A DNA stretch of 64,000 nt from positions 32,001-96,000 of IMG/VR virus record IMGVR_UViG_3300042569_003487; one strand, given 5' to 3'. Below, one piece after another: positions 48,099 to 57,987 of this stretch (its first letter is position 1; each line of letters starts with the position of its first letter). The notes beneath the pieces were generated by a model. That model saw only the letters and a list, made by a program, of their open reading frames with translations, did no database searches and was not told the DNA's origin. Position numbers and translations under genes: made by a program. Source of the stretch: a virus.

Positions 48099-48527
48099 TT
48101 ATTTATTCATGTCTATCTCAATTTGCAATGGTTTAACATCTTTACGTTCAGCCTGAACTAAATAAAAGAATTGTGGTTTATGAGAGCCTGCTACTTCAAA
48201 ATAAGTATCAGTAATTGCCTTAATCCAAAGCGATTGAGATTTACCGAATGGTGTAATTGTAACTGTTATTGAGTCCTTATTTGCTAGGCTTGCCCAATAT
48301 TCTGGAAAAAAGATACGTTTTTCTTCACTTTTACCTCTAACATAGATTCCATGTTCAGGTCCCTCTAAGTTACCGTGAGCAAGCTTAAATCCTGGCTTAG
48401 TTGGATGATCGATTAAGAACTGCTTAGTTACAGCTGAAAAATTTCCATTATGATTAATATCTCCGGAAGATTCATTGTACGTCATGTGCGCACTAATATT
48501 AACTTGCTTTAATTTAACTTGAGCCAT
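48099..48527 (-). CDS. Small protein consisting mainly of the K.F.IDHP...EGPE fibre C-terminal-type domain
   Basis: KQFLIDHPTKPGFKLAHGNLEGPEHGIYVRG...P.YW..L...VQAERKD. Confidence 0.65.
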   Translation of the reverse strand: MAQVKLKQVNISAHMTYNESSGDINHNGNFSAVTKQFLIDHPTKPGFKLAHGNLEGPEHGIYVRGKSEEKRIFFPEYWASLANKDSITVTITPFGKSQSLWIKAITDTYFEVAGSHKPQFFYLVQAERKDVKPLQIEIDMNK

Positions 48528-48553
48528 TTATGAATTTGTATCTTTTCTATAGA

Positions 48554-48561
48554 TATTTATA
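48554..48561 (-). promoter_or_regulatory. T4-type late promoter TATAAATA (exact match; representative of about 19 ATAAATA-type sites)
   Basis: Lies between the terminator at 48586-48609 and ATG 48527. Confidence 0.7.
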
Positions 48562-48585
48562 CTCCTAGTTTGGACTTTGGATAAT

Positions 48586-48609
48586 AAAAAAGCCTCCATA
48601 AAGGAGGCT
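48586..48609 (-). terminator. Intrinsic terminator
   Basis: AGCCTCC-TTTAT-GGAGGCT hairpin plus T-run. Confidence 0.85.
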
Positions 48610-48634
48610 CTTATTTAAATAGTTAAAATATTAA

Positions 48635-50110
48635 TTATGCTTGTCTGTATGTAATTTCAATTTCGTCAGTTGTTTCAATTGCATACGGTATACTATATAG
48701 CGCAAGCTCATTACCTGCATCTAATTCCCATTGACTTACGAATTTTAAAGCAACTCCATTTATAGTAACTGAGAAAACTTCTGCCACTTGATTTGTTGTA
48801 GTAAGGTTTATTGTAGCATTAGCGGCAGCAGTTAATCCAGTAAATACCTGAAAATGTATAGGATTATTACTAACAGTTAGGGTAAGTGTATTGGTTGTAC
48901 CTGGAGCAGCAGACCCGGTTGCAGCAAAGGTTAAACCCGCACCGGTTGCAAAGTTTAGAGTATCTGTATCTAAATCAAAACTAGTTGCAGTAGCACCTTC
49001 AGCACTTATATTTAATTGACTTGCAGCACCGATTAATGTTTTAAGATTTGCAAATGTAATTTTTTGGTTAACTGCTCCAGATGAACTGATTGCAATAAAG
49101 TCTGCATCTGCGATTGTCGTAACTGTTGTTAATTCAGAAAGATCTAAGTTAATAGTTAAGGTTCCAGAGCTATATGCAGTATCAATTCCATTTGTTCCAC
49201 CCGCGATAGTTAGAGTTGAACCCAATGCAACTGTACCTGTTCCAGTATCTCCAGCAAATGTGTGCGTGCTATTTACAAGCATCGCATTAGTTACTCCGCC
49301 ATTTTTAATGTATAACGCGTCATTGATATCAATTCCAATTGAAGAGTTATCGAAGTTTACATTAAACTTGGTACCGACTCTAGTTAATCCAACTCCCGCT
49401 TCAGCGACTCCCGCTGCTGAGAACTGTGTAAATTGAATTTGAGCGTTTCCTGTAGGGTTTTCATCAAAGTGCCATAAACCAGAAGTTCCAGTCGCTGGAA
49501 TTGAACCATTTGGAAAACTTAGAACCCATCCGGTATCTCCATAAACTGTTCCTTGTTCAACAAAGGTAAACATACCACCTGAAACTTCTCCAGTTTCGAC
49601 TTGGTTATCTGAATCGGTTGCTCTAACTAGACGCTGAGCCTCAAATACATAAATACCATTTATTTTTTGTCTTCCAGCCTCTTCTGCTGCAATTAATACT
49701 CGATCTCCATCTGCAAGTGTAACACCATCTAACATAAGAGTTGCGATTGGAGTTCCATTATTCATCGTAGTAAATAGGTCTTGGTCAATAAACGACGAAC
49801 CATTCAATTCATTTTGTACTGAAATTGCAGGAGTTCCGCCTGATGCTGCAGTAGATGGTCGATAAATCGCAACTACTGATTTTTTTACGTCTAATCCAGT
49901 CGCAACTGAATCAACATAGGCTTTGTTTACAGCGTGGTTATCTGCACCCGGAGTTCCATTGATTTGGATATTTCCAACTGTTGCTGAAATTAAACCATTT
50001 AATATATTAAGAGTTCCTGTTGCAACACCGCTGCCACCAGTAGTTCCTCCGAATAATTTAGTTAGGTTAACTGAGTTGTTTTCCAGCTGTTTACCTTTAA
50101 TTAGTGCCAT
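48635..50110 (-). CDS. Tail fibre / virion structural protein
   Basis: AVNKAYVD..ATGLDVK.SV, DGVTLADGDRVL, NGIYV, FTFVEQGT and FTQFS motifs common in phage fibre proteins. Confidence 0.75.
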   Translation of the reverse strand: MALIKGKQLENNSVNLTKLFGGTTGGSGVATGTLNILNGLISATVGNIQINGTPGADNHAVNKAYVDSVATGLDVKKSVVAIYRPSTAASGGTPAISVQNELNGSSFIDQDLFTTMNNGTPIATLMLDGVTLADGDRVLIAAEEAGRQKINGIYVFEAQRLVRATDSDNQVETGEVSGGMFTFVEQGTVYGDTGWVLSFPNGSIPATGTSGLWHFDENPTGNAQIQFTQFSAAGVAEAGVGLTRVGTKFNVNFDNSSIGIDINDALYIKNGGVTNAMLVNSTHTFAGDTGTGTVALGSTLTIAGGTNGIDTAYSSGTLTINLDLSELTTVTTIADADFIAISSSGAVNQKITFANLKTLIGAASQLNISAEGATATSFDLDTDTLNFATGAGLTFAATGSAAPGTTNTLTLTVSNNPIHFQVFTGLTAAANATINLTTTNQVAEVFSVTINGVALKFVSQWELDAGNELALYSIPYAIETTDEIEITYRQA

Positions 50111-50150
50111 TGTTTATGGAGTCTTTTTATTTAAGTTATTTATTTGTTAG

Positions 50151-51440
50151 TTAGGGCGTAAATGTAAATCCCCAAGTTGAACCTATGACAACCTGTCCAG
50201 CTGTTAAAGTTTGTGGATCTGGTGTAACATAGACATCTGTCCATGCAAAACCTGGATTGGTTGGAGTAGTTGTGACAGTCCACGTCCCATAGTTAACAGT
50301 TGGATTATTTTTATCAAATCCTGTAATAGTTGTCCCAACTGGTAGGCTAGTTAATGTTGAGAGTATTGATGTTTGTGGATTTCCATTTACATCATCTGGA
50401 ATATTGTTTAATCCAAAGTAATGGGTTCCAAATGGTGCATTATATCCTCTAACAAACTCCCCTGGATTTGAACTACTGCCACCAGTCCAATAGTATGTAG
50501 CAGACGGCGCTGGCTGTGCCAGAGTAACAGTTCCTCCACTAAAATATTCAAGCAAAATAAGATCAGTTGTTTCTAATCCATGTTCTAAATATGCTGGGCG
50601 AACATATAGTGAATCGCCTGCTTCTACTTGAGCTAATAATAATTGATTACCTCCGCCAGTTCTGCTAAAGAAGAAAGGCGATGTATTGGAATCAGTTAGG
50701 AGTCGTCTTACTCCGTTTACGCTAATACAAACAGTTGAATCTACGTGAATAGACTTAGTAATTGGCGAGTTTGCAGCAAGAGAATAACTTCCAGTATTTG
50801 AAGTATATGCAACAAAATTTGCGTTTCCTTGTTCAGCACTAGGTGTAATTGGTGCAATCAGACTTGGAATAACTCGGATATGTCCTTTCATTACAGTCTG
50901 ATTAGCTGTACATACATAGAAAAGATCGTCTGGCGCATCAAATGGAACGGTCCATAAGATATAACCGCCGGTATTTTGAGTATTAGATCCAGTACCACTA
51001 GTTGGCATTCCAACCGAATACGAAGTTCCATCTGCACTTCGGATTTGAAGTGTGTGTCCTATACTTGCAGCAACTTTAAATTTGTAAATGTTTCCTCTAA
51101 AAACATAAATTGTAGGATTAGCATTATTACCACTATTAAAATCAGATGCCTCATTTACTAACCATGAAGTATTTTGAGGATGTGCAACAAAGGTTAAGAG
51201 ATTTGCATTAGTTGGTGAAAATTCAATAAGATCTGCATCTAGAACTCCATCTTTAAACCAATACATTTTATTATCGTCATTATCGACGATTCTAACCATC
51301 ATTGTAGGGAATCTAATAGCCTGTGGAATATTAGATAGCGCTTCAGTTGTAGTTGAATATGGACCAGAATAACCGTCCACTGGAACTGGATTAACTGGTG
51401 TAATACCATAAGGTAATTGAAGTCCTGGTGTAAAACTCAT
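50151..51440 (-). CDS. Virion structural protein with cupredoxin-like domain
   Basis: NPTIYVFRG..YKF...GH.LQI...VPFDAPDDLFYVC...M.G.I. Confidence 0.55.
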   Translation of the reverse strand: MSFTPGLQLPYGITPVNPVPVDGYSGPYSTTTEALSNIPQAIRFPTMMVRIVDNDDNKMYWFKDGVLDADLIEFSPTNANLLTFVAHPQNTSWLVNEASDFNSGNNANPTIYVFRGNIYKFKVAASIGHTLQIRSADGTSYSVGMPTSGTGSNTQNTGGYILWTVPFDAPDDLFYVCTANQTVMKGHIRVIPSLIAPITPSAEQGNANFVAYTSNTGSYSLAANSPITKSIHVDSTVCISVNGVRRLLTDSNTSPFFFSRTGGGNQLLLAQVEAGDSLYVRPAYLEHGLETTDLILLEYFSGGTVTLAQPAPSATYYWTGGSSSNPGEFVRGYNAPFGTHYFGLNNIPDDVNGNPQTSILSTLTSLPVGTTITGFDKNNPTVNYGTWTVTTTPTNPGFAWTDVYVTPDPQTLTAGQVVIGSTWGFTFTP

Positions 51441-51442
51441 GG

Positions 51443-53674
51443 TTATGCGATAGTTATTTGGTGACGGTGATCAGCACTATAAGGAATAGCATTGGTCAAC
51501 GTGTATATTTTATATGCAACTGGAGTTCCTCCACCATCATTAACATTAAAGGTTGAAAGTACATAGTTTGCTGTGATATTTGCGTTTAGTGCATCTAAGT
51601 CTAATACTTCAGTTAGTGACATGGTTGCTGGTACTGCCACTGTAAATATAGTTTGAGCAGCTCCAGTATTTAAGATAAAGGTATTTCCAGCATCGGTAAA
51701 TCTCCTATTGGCTAGTGCTCTAACTCCAGCTGAATTTGTTGGTGCGCTTGCACTAGGTCCATAGAATACCACGTATTTGTAAGTTATGTTATATGACGCA
51801 GTTGCGGTTGTATAAGAATCTGTAACTGAAACTCGATAGGTTGCACTGGTTGCAGACGAAGTAATTGAAGTATCTGTAAAATTCGTAAAACTTCCTCCAG
51901 CATCAGCTAAGGTTCCAGCTGTTCCAATATTTGCATAGGCTCCACCATTAAATGAAACCGCATATTGATAACCGCTAATTGGGACATTAACTCTATTTCT
52001 AGAAGTTGATCCTTGTAAAACAGATGAAGTATTTCCACGCTCTCTAACCTGATTGCTTTCAATATTAAGAGCTAGGGTTGAAGCTGGTGCGCTAAATGAA
52101 ATGCTTGGAGATTGATATGATTGTGGTGTAATTGTCCAAGTGGCAGTCGCAGTTGCGCTAGCACTATCGGTTACAATATATTGATAGTTGAACGGTTGCG
52201 TATTAAATGCAGTATCAGTTAGGGAATGGGTATAGGTTGAAGCATTAACATCTGACATTAATGTTGTCCAAGCACCTGAGTTATTGCGCCTCCACTGTAA
52301 AACTGCAGTTGCCACATTTGCACCAAGCGTATTAATTGTTTTGGAAAAATTTAGGACATTTACAATTGGGAGTTGATTAAATAAGATACTTGTAGGGGAA
52401 CTTAGAGACACCGTAGGCGCAATTGGTTCTTGCGCAATAAGGTTAAACACCTCTTCAGCAGTTTTACCCGCAGCGGGAATCGTTTCGCCACTATTATATC
52501 GACCTACCGATTTACCAAATGGTAAACTTACAACAATATCTGCATCAAATGTAGGAGGAGCGATTGGTCTTACAAAAACTGTTACCTTATCACTAGATGG
52601 ATCGGCTACTGCTAAAATTGATGAACTTAGGTTAGATGGACCCTCTTTAAAATCGAGTTGTTCCATTTTAGTTAAGTTTGTAGCAGGATCAGTTGATGCA
52701 ATATCGGTTCCATCATTACTTACAGTAAATGCAGAAACTGAATTAAGCGCTTCGGAATCAATTGAGATTGAAATCTGCTTGGTCGCTGGATTAAAATTAA
52801 TATTAACTCCATCTTCTCCAGCAATTCTAACCGTATCATTAATTGAGGCAGCTTCAAATTGGATAGATCCGCTTGCACTTGCAATTTTAGAAAATCCTGG
52901 AGTTTGAACTGGCGAATTAATTGTTACCTTATTGGTTGCGTTATTAAATGAAACTGTAGTATCTCCAGTACCTTCAATTCTAAAAATACTTTCTGGACCG
53001 GCTGCTGTTAGTTGAACGTTACCTAGAGCATTTGCAATTTGACTAAATGAATTAGTATTAGCATTTGCTGAACTAATTATGACTCTCTTATTTACTGAGT
53101 CTAAAGTTACGGTAGTACCGCCCTGTCCTTCAAATCCTAAAGTATCAGTTGCATTACTTGCTCCAAATATTACGGTACCTTGCGCATTGGCAATTCCAGT
53201 AAATGCTGTTCCAACTGGACCAGATGCAGCTTGACCGCTGGAGAGCTTAACCCAACCGTTATCTTCAGTATAACCATAGAAACCTTCTCCGGCTGGAGCC
53301 GTATCGTTTGCATAAATTACATCTCCAATAATACCAGCCGCTGCAAGCTTTCCAGTATTATCTTGAAGTCTAAGTAAAGGTGTTTGAAATAGATTAGCAA
53401 GGGCAGATTGGGTTGTTAAAACACCATCTGCATCAACCTGCATTTTAATTGAACCATTCTGAACAACTCGTATCGTTGAATTTGCAACAATTGAAGTTGC
53501 ATTGATTTGATTTACCGAAATATTATTATTGGTTTCGTCAAATGAAATCGCCGATAAAAATGCCTGGATGGCTGCCTGTAAATTATCAAAATTCTGGTTA
53601 GACGTCGATATACTCGAGCTTAAGCTTGAATCAGATAAATCCGTAATGTTTGTTAAGTTAGAATAGACTCCCAT
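51443..53674 (-). CDS. Virion structural protein (fibre/Ig-like)
   Basis: 743 aa, S/T/A/N-rich, three internal F..IA.A.G...F.A....T..F.G repeats; late promoter at 53696-53702. Confidence 0.6.
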   Translation of the reverse strand: MGVYSNLTNITDLSDSSLSSSISTSNQNFDNLQAAIQAFLSAISFDETNNNISVNQINATSIVANSTIRVVQNGSIKMQVDADGVLTTQSALANLFQTPLLRLQDNTGKLAAAGIIGDVIYANDTAPAGEGFYGYTEDNGWVKLSSGQAASGPVGTAFTGIANAQGTVIFGASNATDTLGFEGQGGTTVTLDSVNKRVIISSANANTNSFSQIANALGNVQLTAAGPESIFRIEGTGDTTVSFNNATNKVTINSPVQTPGFSKIASASGSIQFEAASINDTVRIAGEDGVNINFNPATKQISISIDSEALNSVSAFTVSNDGTDIASTDPATNLTKMEQLDFKEGPSNLSSSILAVADPSSDKVTVFVRPIAPPTFDADIVVSLPFGKSVGRYNSGETIPAAGKTAEEVFNLIAQEPIAPTVSLSSPTSILFNQLPIVNVLNFSKTINTLGANVATAVLQWRRNNSGAWTTLMSDVNASTYTHSLTDTAFNTQPFNYQYIVTDSASATATATWTITPQSYQSPSISFSAPASTLALNIESNQVRERGNTSSVLQGSTSRNRVNVPISGYQYAVSFNGGAYANIGTAGTLADAGGSFTNFTDTSITSSATSATYRVSVTDSYTTATASYNITYKYVVFYGPSASAPTNSAGVRALANRRFTDAGNTFILNTGAAQTIFTVAVPATMSLTEVLDLDALNANITANYVLSTFNVNDGGGTPVAYKIYTLTNAIPYSADHRHQITIA

Positions 53675-53721
53675 CTATGCCCAGTTTGTTTTTGTTATTT
53701 ATTAACCAGAACTGGCTTTGC

Positions 53722-55032
53722 TTAAAGAGCAATCTCAGTCTTAGAATCTTTAGTTGCATGGTATGCAAGAGGCGACCCTACGACTAGGCATTCAGTTAAA
53801 TTTGCAGAAACTTGCATGTCTGGACGACCCTTAATTGTTGATTGTTGAATCGTATTAACTCCAGATTGATTAAAATTACAATTAGAGAGATTTGAATATC
53901 TAATATCATTTTTATCAAAAATTGTACACTCTAATAATCTAGAGCTTCTAACTTTACAGTTAAGAATTGTACATTCAGAAAGTTCGGCTTGAATAGACGA
54001 GTTAATAAAAACAATATTTGAAAGATTAAATCCATTTTTAATTCGACCCTCTAAAACTTCAATTTGATTAGTTTCAGAATTATAGTTGACATTTCCTCTA
54101 ACAAGACCGCCGTATGTTACCAAATCAAAAAGTTTTTCTCTAACAAGATTAAATTTAGCTGATAAAATTTCTGGTCTAGGATCTAAATCCATTGTTAATT
54201 TTATCAGTGGATATTTAGTTTCAAATGTAGAATAGCTTTTTAGTCCGCTTAGGTGGGTTTTTTGTTCAGTTAAAATTTCTTTAATTTTTGCACGATCTGT
54301 ATCTGAATAAACTGAATTTGATTTTAGTGTTGAAAATAAGGATTCTATTACTAGATTTAAAAGTTCAACGGCTTGGGTTGATCTCTTTTCATAGTTCTTT
54401 CCGCCAATATACTTAACTGTCACAAAACCTTCGCTTATTCGGTCAAAGTTAACACCAAATTGTTTTGATCTTGGAAAGCTAAATTCCATTTGTGAAGAGT
54501 AACTTCCAGCCGGAACGGTTGCTTCAGCAATAAATTTATTTTTTGGGTATATTAGATTTATAGAATGCTTGAAAATTTTACTAGAGCGAATTTCTTGGGG
54601 CCACAACTCAAATGCTTTAGCTTCATTAAAATTAAGTAAAAATTTAAATTTATTTAGTTGAGGAATTCTTGCTCCCTCATTCATTTTTGAAAAGCCTAAA
54701 TCAATCTTAACTTTACATAATTCATTAGTATAACCATTTTCTTCAATAAACTTAAATGATTTAAGTAAAGCATTAACCCCTTCATAGTAATAAACTGGGC
54801 CAATTGTCATGCGCTTCATTTTAAAACCATTATTATAGAGATTAGTTAACCTTGCTCCATTTTCTTTTACTGGTTGCCAAGCATCCTTTGTTGCGCCAAC
54901 TTCTACTTCTCTATGTAAAGAAGACTGGGCCTTTTCTGCAAGCTGTTGAATTGATTTATTTGAAAAGAAATCCACAGTAAGTACAAACTGTGCAGATTCA
55001 ACCTGTTCTCTATTTTTAATGTCTAAAATCAT
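53722..55032 (-). CDS. Amidoligase (COOH-NH2 ligase)-like protein, apparently degenerate, with C-terminal beta-helix
   Basis: GP..Y.E....L.K....I.ENG.T...C, FGVNF and YIGG.NY scaffold motifs; Cys/Ser/Asn repeat tail. Confidence 0.5.
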   Translation of the reverse strand: MILDIKNREQVESAQFVLTVDFFSNKSIQQLAEKAQSSLHREVEVGATKDAWQPVKENGARLTNLYNNGFKMKRMTIGPVYYYEGVNALLKSFKFIEENGYTNELCKVKIDLGFSKMNEGARIPQLNKFKFLLNFNEAKAFELWPQEIRSSKIFKHSINLIYPKNKFIAEATVPAGSYSSQMEFSFPRSKQFGVNFDRISEGFVTVKYIGGKNYEKRSTQAVELLNLVIESLFSTLKSNSVYSDTDRAKIKEILTEQKTHLSGLKSYSTFETKYPLIKLTMDLDPRPEILSAKFNLVREKLFDLVTYGGLVRGNVNYNSETNQIEVLEGRIKNGFNLSNIVFINSSIQAELSECTILNCKVRSSRLLECTIFDKNDIRYSNLSNCNFNQSGVNTIQQSTIKGRPDMQVSANLTECLVVGSPLAYHATKDSKTEIAL

Positions 55033-55042
55033 AAAATATTTA

Positions 55043-57106
55043 TTATCTGTTTATACCAATATAAGGAATATTTAATCTTGGACGGCAGTTATCGATTATT
55101 CTTAGGATCGATTCATCCTTAATGAATAATTGGCTGATTACAAAATCATGGTCTTCCTCTTGAACCATTGTATTAAAAATTCTAATATTTGCAATATCAA
55201 TCGGTGAAGAAACTAATCTAAAGTTTTCATTAATTGAAAAATTAAATGAACTTGCTCCAGTTAGGGTCTTTGCTGAATTATGTAATTGCGTAATTTCATT
55301 AAAGTTATTTGCATTAGCTGGATCTTGAGTAAATCCATAAATTGTTAATGCGGCTTGATTAAATTGACTTGAAATTGGAACAAATATTGCATACCATTTA
55401 TCAATCTCTAACCTAACTTGATTAAATTGAGTTAGAGTTGAATTTATTTCAAGTCTAACTGTTACATTTTTATCGGTTGAATTATTAATAGTACTAATAC
55501 TTCCATCCAGTTTTAATCCCTTTGAATTATTATTATCGTAAGTATCAATAAAACTAATTGAATCAGTTAGCGAGTTTATTTTAAATAGCGCAAAGAACGT
55601 CATATTAGACTTGTCTTCTCCGAGTTTTCCAACTTCATTATAGACTACTCCATAATCTCTAGTTAAAATATGCACATGTCCATTTACATCTTCTTCAAAT
55701 GCTAATTGTCCAGGCGTAAAAAAGTTTGAATCATTATATCTGTCGATTTTAATATATCGACCTAATAATGGATCGTTTGAATTATACGGTCCTCTAATTT
55801 TAATTGGAGCACCATTACTTAAATCATAGGTTGTTAATTTATAACCCGCCCATAGAGCAAACAGCTCAGATTCTTCGTATGCGATTAGAGTGTATTTAGT
55901 AGCTGGATCTTCATATTTAACCGAGTATTTAGTAAAATTCGTTGAAACTGGATCCACTGTAATTGGTACGCTAGGTACGCTTTTACTTTCATAATAGTAT
56001 TGAATTAGCGGCGAATAATTATAGGTTAGGGCTAACTGTTTAATCTTAAGATCTGGATGAAGAGCCTTACGCGTTTCATCAAATCTAGTAGAAATTGTTT
56101 TAAATTGTTGAGGCATAGTTGCATCTTTAACCTCATCAATCATTTGATCTGCAAATAATTCGTCAGTACTTGTAATAATATTATCCAAGAACGTACGGTC
56201 CTCGGCCTTCATCATCATATCAATATTAGGTTGGAATTTAACTAATTGAATTTTCCAATAAACTGGTTCCTGCATAATTCCACGATATAAGTAGGTACCT
56301 TGAATTTCATACATACGATTAGTTAATGGAAAATAGAGGAAATCTTTTTTGCGAGGATGCGCCGCTGCACCAAAGATTGTTTGGAAATATTCGTGATCGA
56401 GATGGATTTCGAACGGCATTTCAAAATCAACACCAAATTCTGCGTATGTAGGCTTATTATCTGGAAATTTATTTCCGGGTACAAGGACCTTAATGCACTT
56501 TCGGCTAATAGTTTTGAATAGAGTCCACTCTTTGAAAACATAGTCTGCAGAGTCTCTATCTGGTTCTGTTTTAAAATAAACAACTTCATGTCCAAATAAT
56601 TTATTAGTATTAAAACTTAATTGTTTAAAAATATTTACTGCCTGGTCTGCCGCATAAGGATTAAACGACATTGTACCAGTTGAAATAAGAGCTGGACAAA
56701 CCTCATCACTGCAAGTAATACTTGGTGTAAATAGACTTGGCACAGAATCCGCTGCAACAATTTTAAACTTTATTTCATTTACAACAATTGGATTTGCAAG
56801 TTGGTCCCTAGTCGTATTATTATATTCATACTTTAATTCAACAAATAAATCCGAATTGTTAAAAGCAAGTGCTGTAATGTCCGCAATATCATACCAAAGT
56901 GACCAGTTTCCACGGTCTACTGAATATCTAAACTTTTTGCTTAAATAGTTTTGGTTATTACCGTTTAAGTCAACATCGTCAGTAAAACTTGTAATTGAAT
57001 ATGCTCCAGGCAAAGGATCCTTTGTTGAAAATAATCTATAGTTACTACTGAATGTCAGACTTGACTTAGAAGTCTCTGGAATAAGCTTTAGGGTAATTGT
57101 CTGCAT
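55043..57106 (-). CDS. Neck/head-completion protein (T4 gp14-like) fused to a C-terminal LamG-like domain
   Basis: LFGHEVVYF, FG...KDFLYFPLTNRMYEI; C-terminal WYAIF...IANIRIFN. Confidence 0.6.
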   Translation of the reverse strand: MQTITLKLIPETSKSSLTFSSNYRLFSTKDPLPGAYSITSFTDDVDLNGNNQNYLSKKFRYSVDRGNWSLWYDIADITALAFNNSDLFVELKYEYNNTTRDQLANPIVVNEIKFKIVAADSVPSLFTPSITCSDEVCPALISTGTMSFNPYAADQAVNIFKQLSFNTNKLFGHEVVYFKTEPDRDSADYVFKEWTLFKTISRKCIKVLVPGNKFPDNKPTYAEFGVDFEMPFEIHLDHEYFQTIFGAAAHPRKKDFLYFPLTNRMYEIQGTYLYRGIMQEPVYWKIQLVKFQPNIDMMMKAEDRTFLDNIITSTDELFADQMIDEVKDATMPQQFKTISTRFDETRKALHPDLKIKQLALTYNYSPLIQYYYESKSVPSVPITVDPVSTNFTKYSVKYEDPATKYTLIAYEESELFALWAGYKLTTYDLSNGAPIKIRGPYNSNDPLLGRYIKIDRYNDSNFFTPGQLAFEEDVNGHVHILTRDYGVVYNEVGKLGEDKSNMTFFALFKINSLTDSISFIDTYDNNNSKGLKLDGSISTINNSTDKNVTVRLEINSTLTQFNQVRLEIDKWYAIFVPISSQFNQAALTIYGFTQDPANANNFNEITQLHNSAKTLTGASSFNFSINENFRLVSSPIDIANIRIFNTMVQEEDHDFVISQLFIKDESILRIIDNCRPRLNIPYIGINR

Positions 57107-57186
57107 TACAGATGGCGCTTTCTTTTTATTTATCCAAGTTTGGCCTGGCGGCTAACTTAAATAAATATCAATAAAGATCCGGCACC

Positions 57187-57987
57187 ATGAAGTCTAACTT
57201 GAATGTGCCAGTCCTGGATCCACTATGGCTGGCAAACTCTAAATATGTGGATCTCGAATACTATAATTATGTTTTGCTTGATGCTAAACAAAAGTATCTC
57301 GCAGATCTTAAGTCGGGATCTTTTTCTAGATTCCATGAAATCCTATTTCATTATCTGAATTTAAACACTGTAATTGTCGATAAGGGAGTATACGATTCTT
57401 CCTATAACTTTAAAAAGGACGATCGGCACGTTATGGAAATTATTGCCTCATTAACCAGAAGTAGAGAAGAATTTGGTGGAGAAATCCTAAGAATGGGGTC
57501 TACAATTCTCTCAGAAACCCTTACTGAATATTTAGATATTATGCTAGATAAACTGGCATACACTAGACTCTATTTTAACTCAGCTAAGCTCCATAAGTTA
57601 GATTCAATTTATGTTGCTACTACGCAAAATCGGGCTAAACTAAATCATATTTGGAAGATTGCTAAAGATAAAGACGTACCATTTATGATTAGTCATGAAC
57701 ATCAACTAGAAATTAATGAGTTTTCTTGTGAAGATGGAGAATTTGATGAACTGCTAAGTCAAGTTAAGCCTGAAATTAAGGACTTTTCTGCTAAGAAGAA
57801 TGTTATGGTAATATCGTCAGTTAAGAAAATAAAGGACGATCGGCTGTTTGATCTAGCATTGGCTACGATCGTTGCCAATAAGCTTCTGAATCACTCCAGT
57901 GGATTTAATTCCAATATCTTATTGGATATTAAGTCTACATTTGAAAGAGGCCAGGTGATCCCCTATAAGCTCAGATCTTTAACTTAG
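57187..57987 (+). CDS. Hypothetical protein
   Basis: 266 aa plus-strand ORF with ATAAATA at 57161-57167; DLEYYNYVLL..KQK motif. Confidence 0.7.
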   Translation: MKSNLNVPVLDPLWLANSKYVDLEYYNYVLLDAKQKYLADLKSGSFSRFHEILFHYLNLNTVIVDKGVYDSSYNFKKDDRHVMEIIASLTRSREEFGGEILRMGSTILSETLTEYLDIMLDKLAYTRLYFNSAKLHKLDSIYVATTQNRAKLNHIWKIAKDKDVPFMISHEHQLEINEFSCEDGEFDELLSQVKPEIKDFSAKKNVMVISSVKKIKDDRLFDLALATIVANKLLNHSSGFNSNILLDIKSTFERGQVIPYKLRSLT

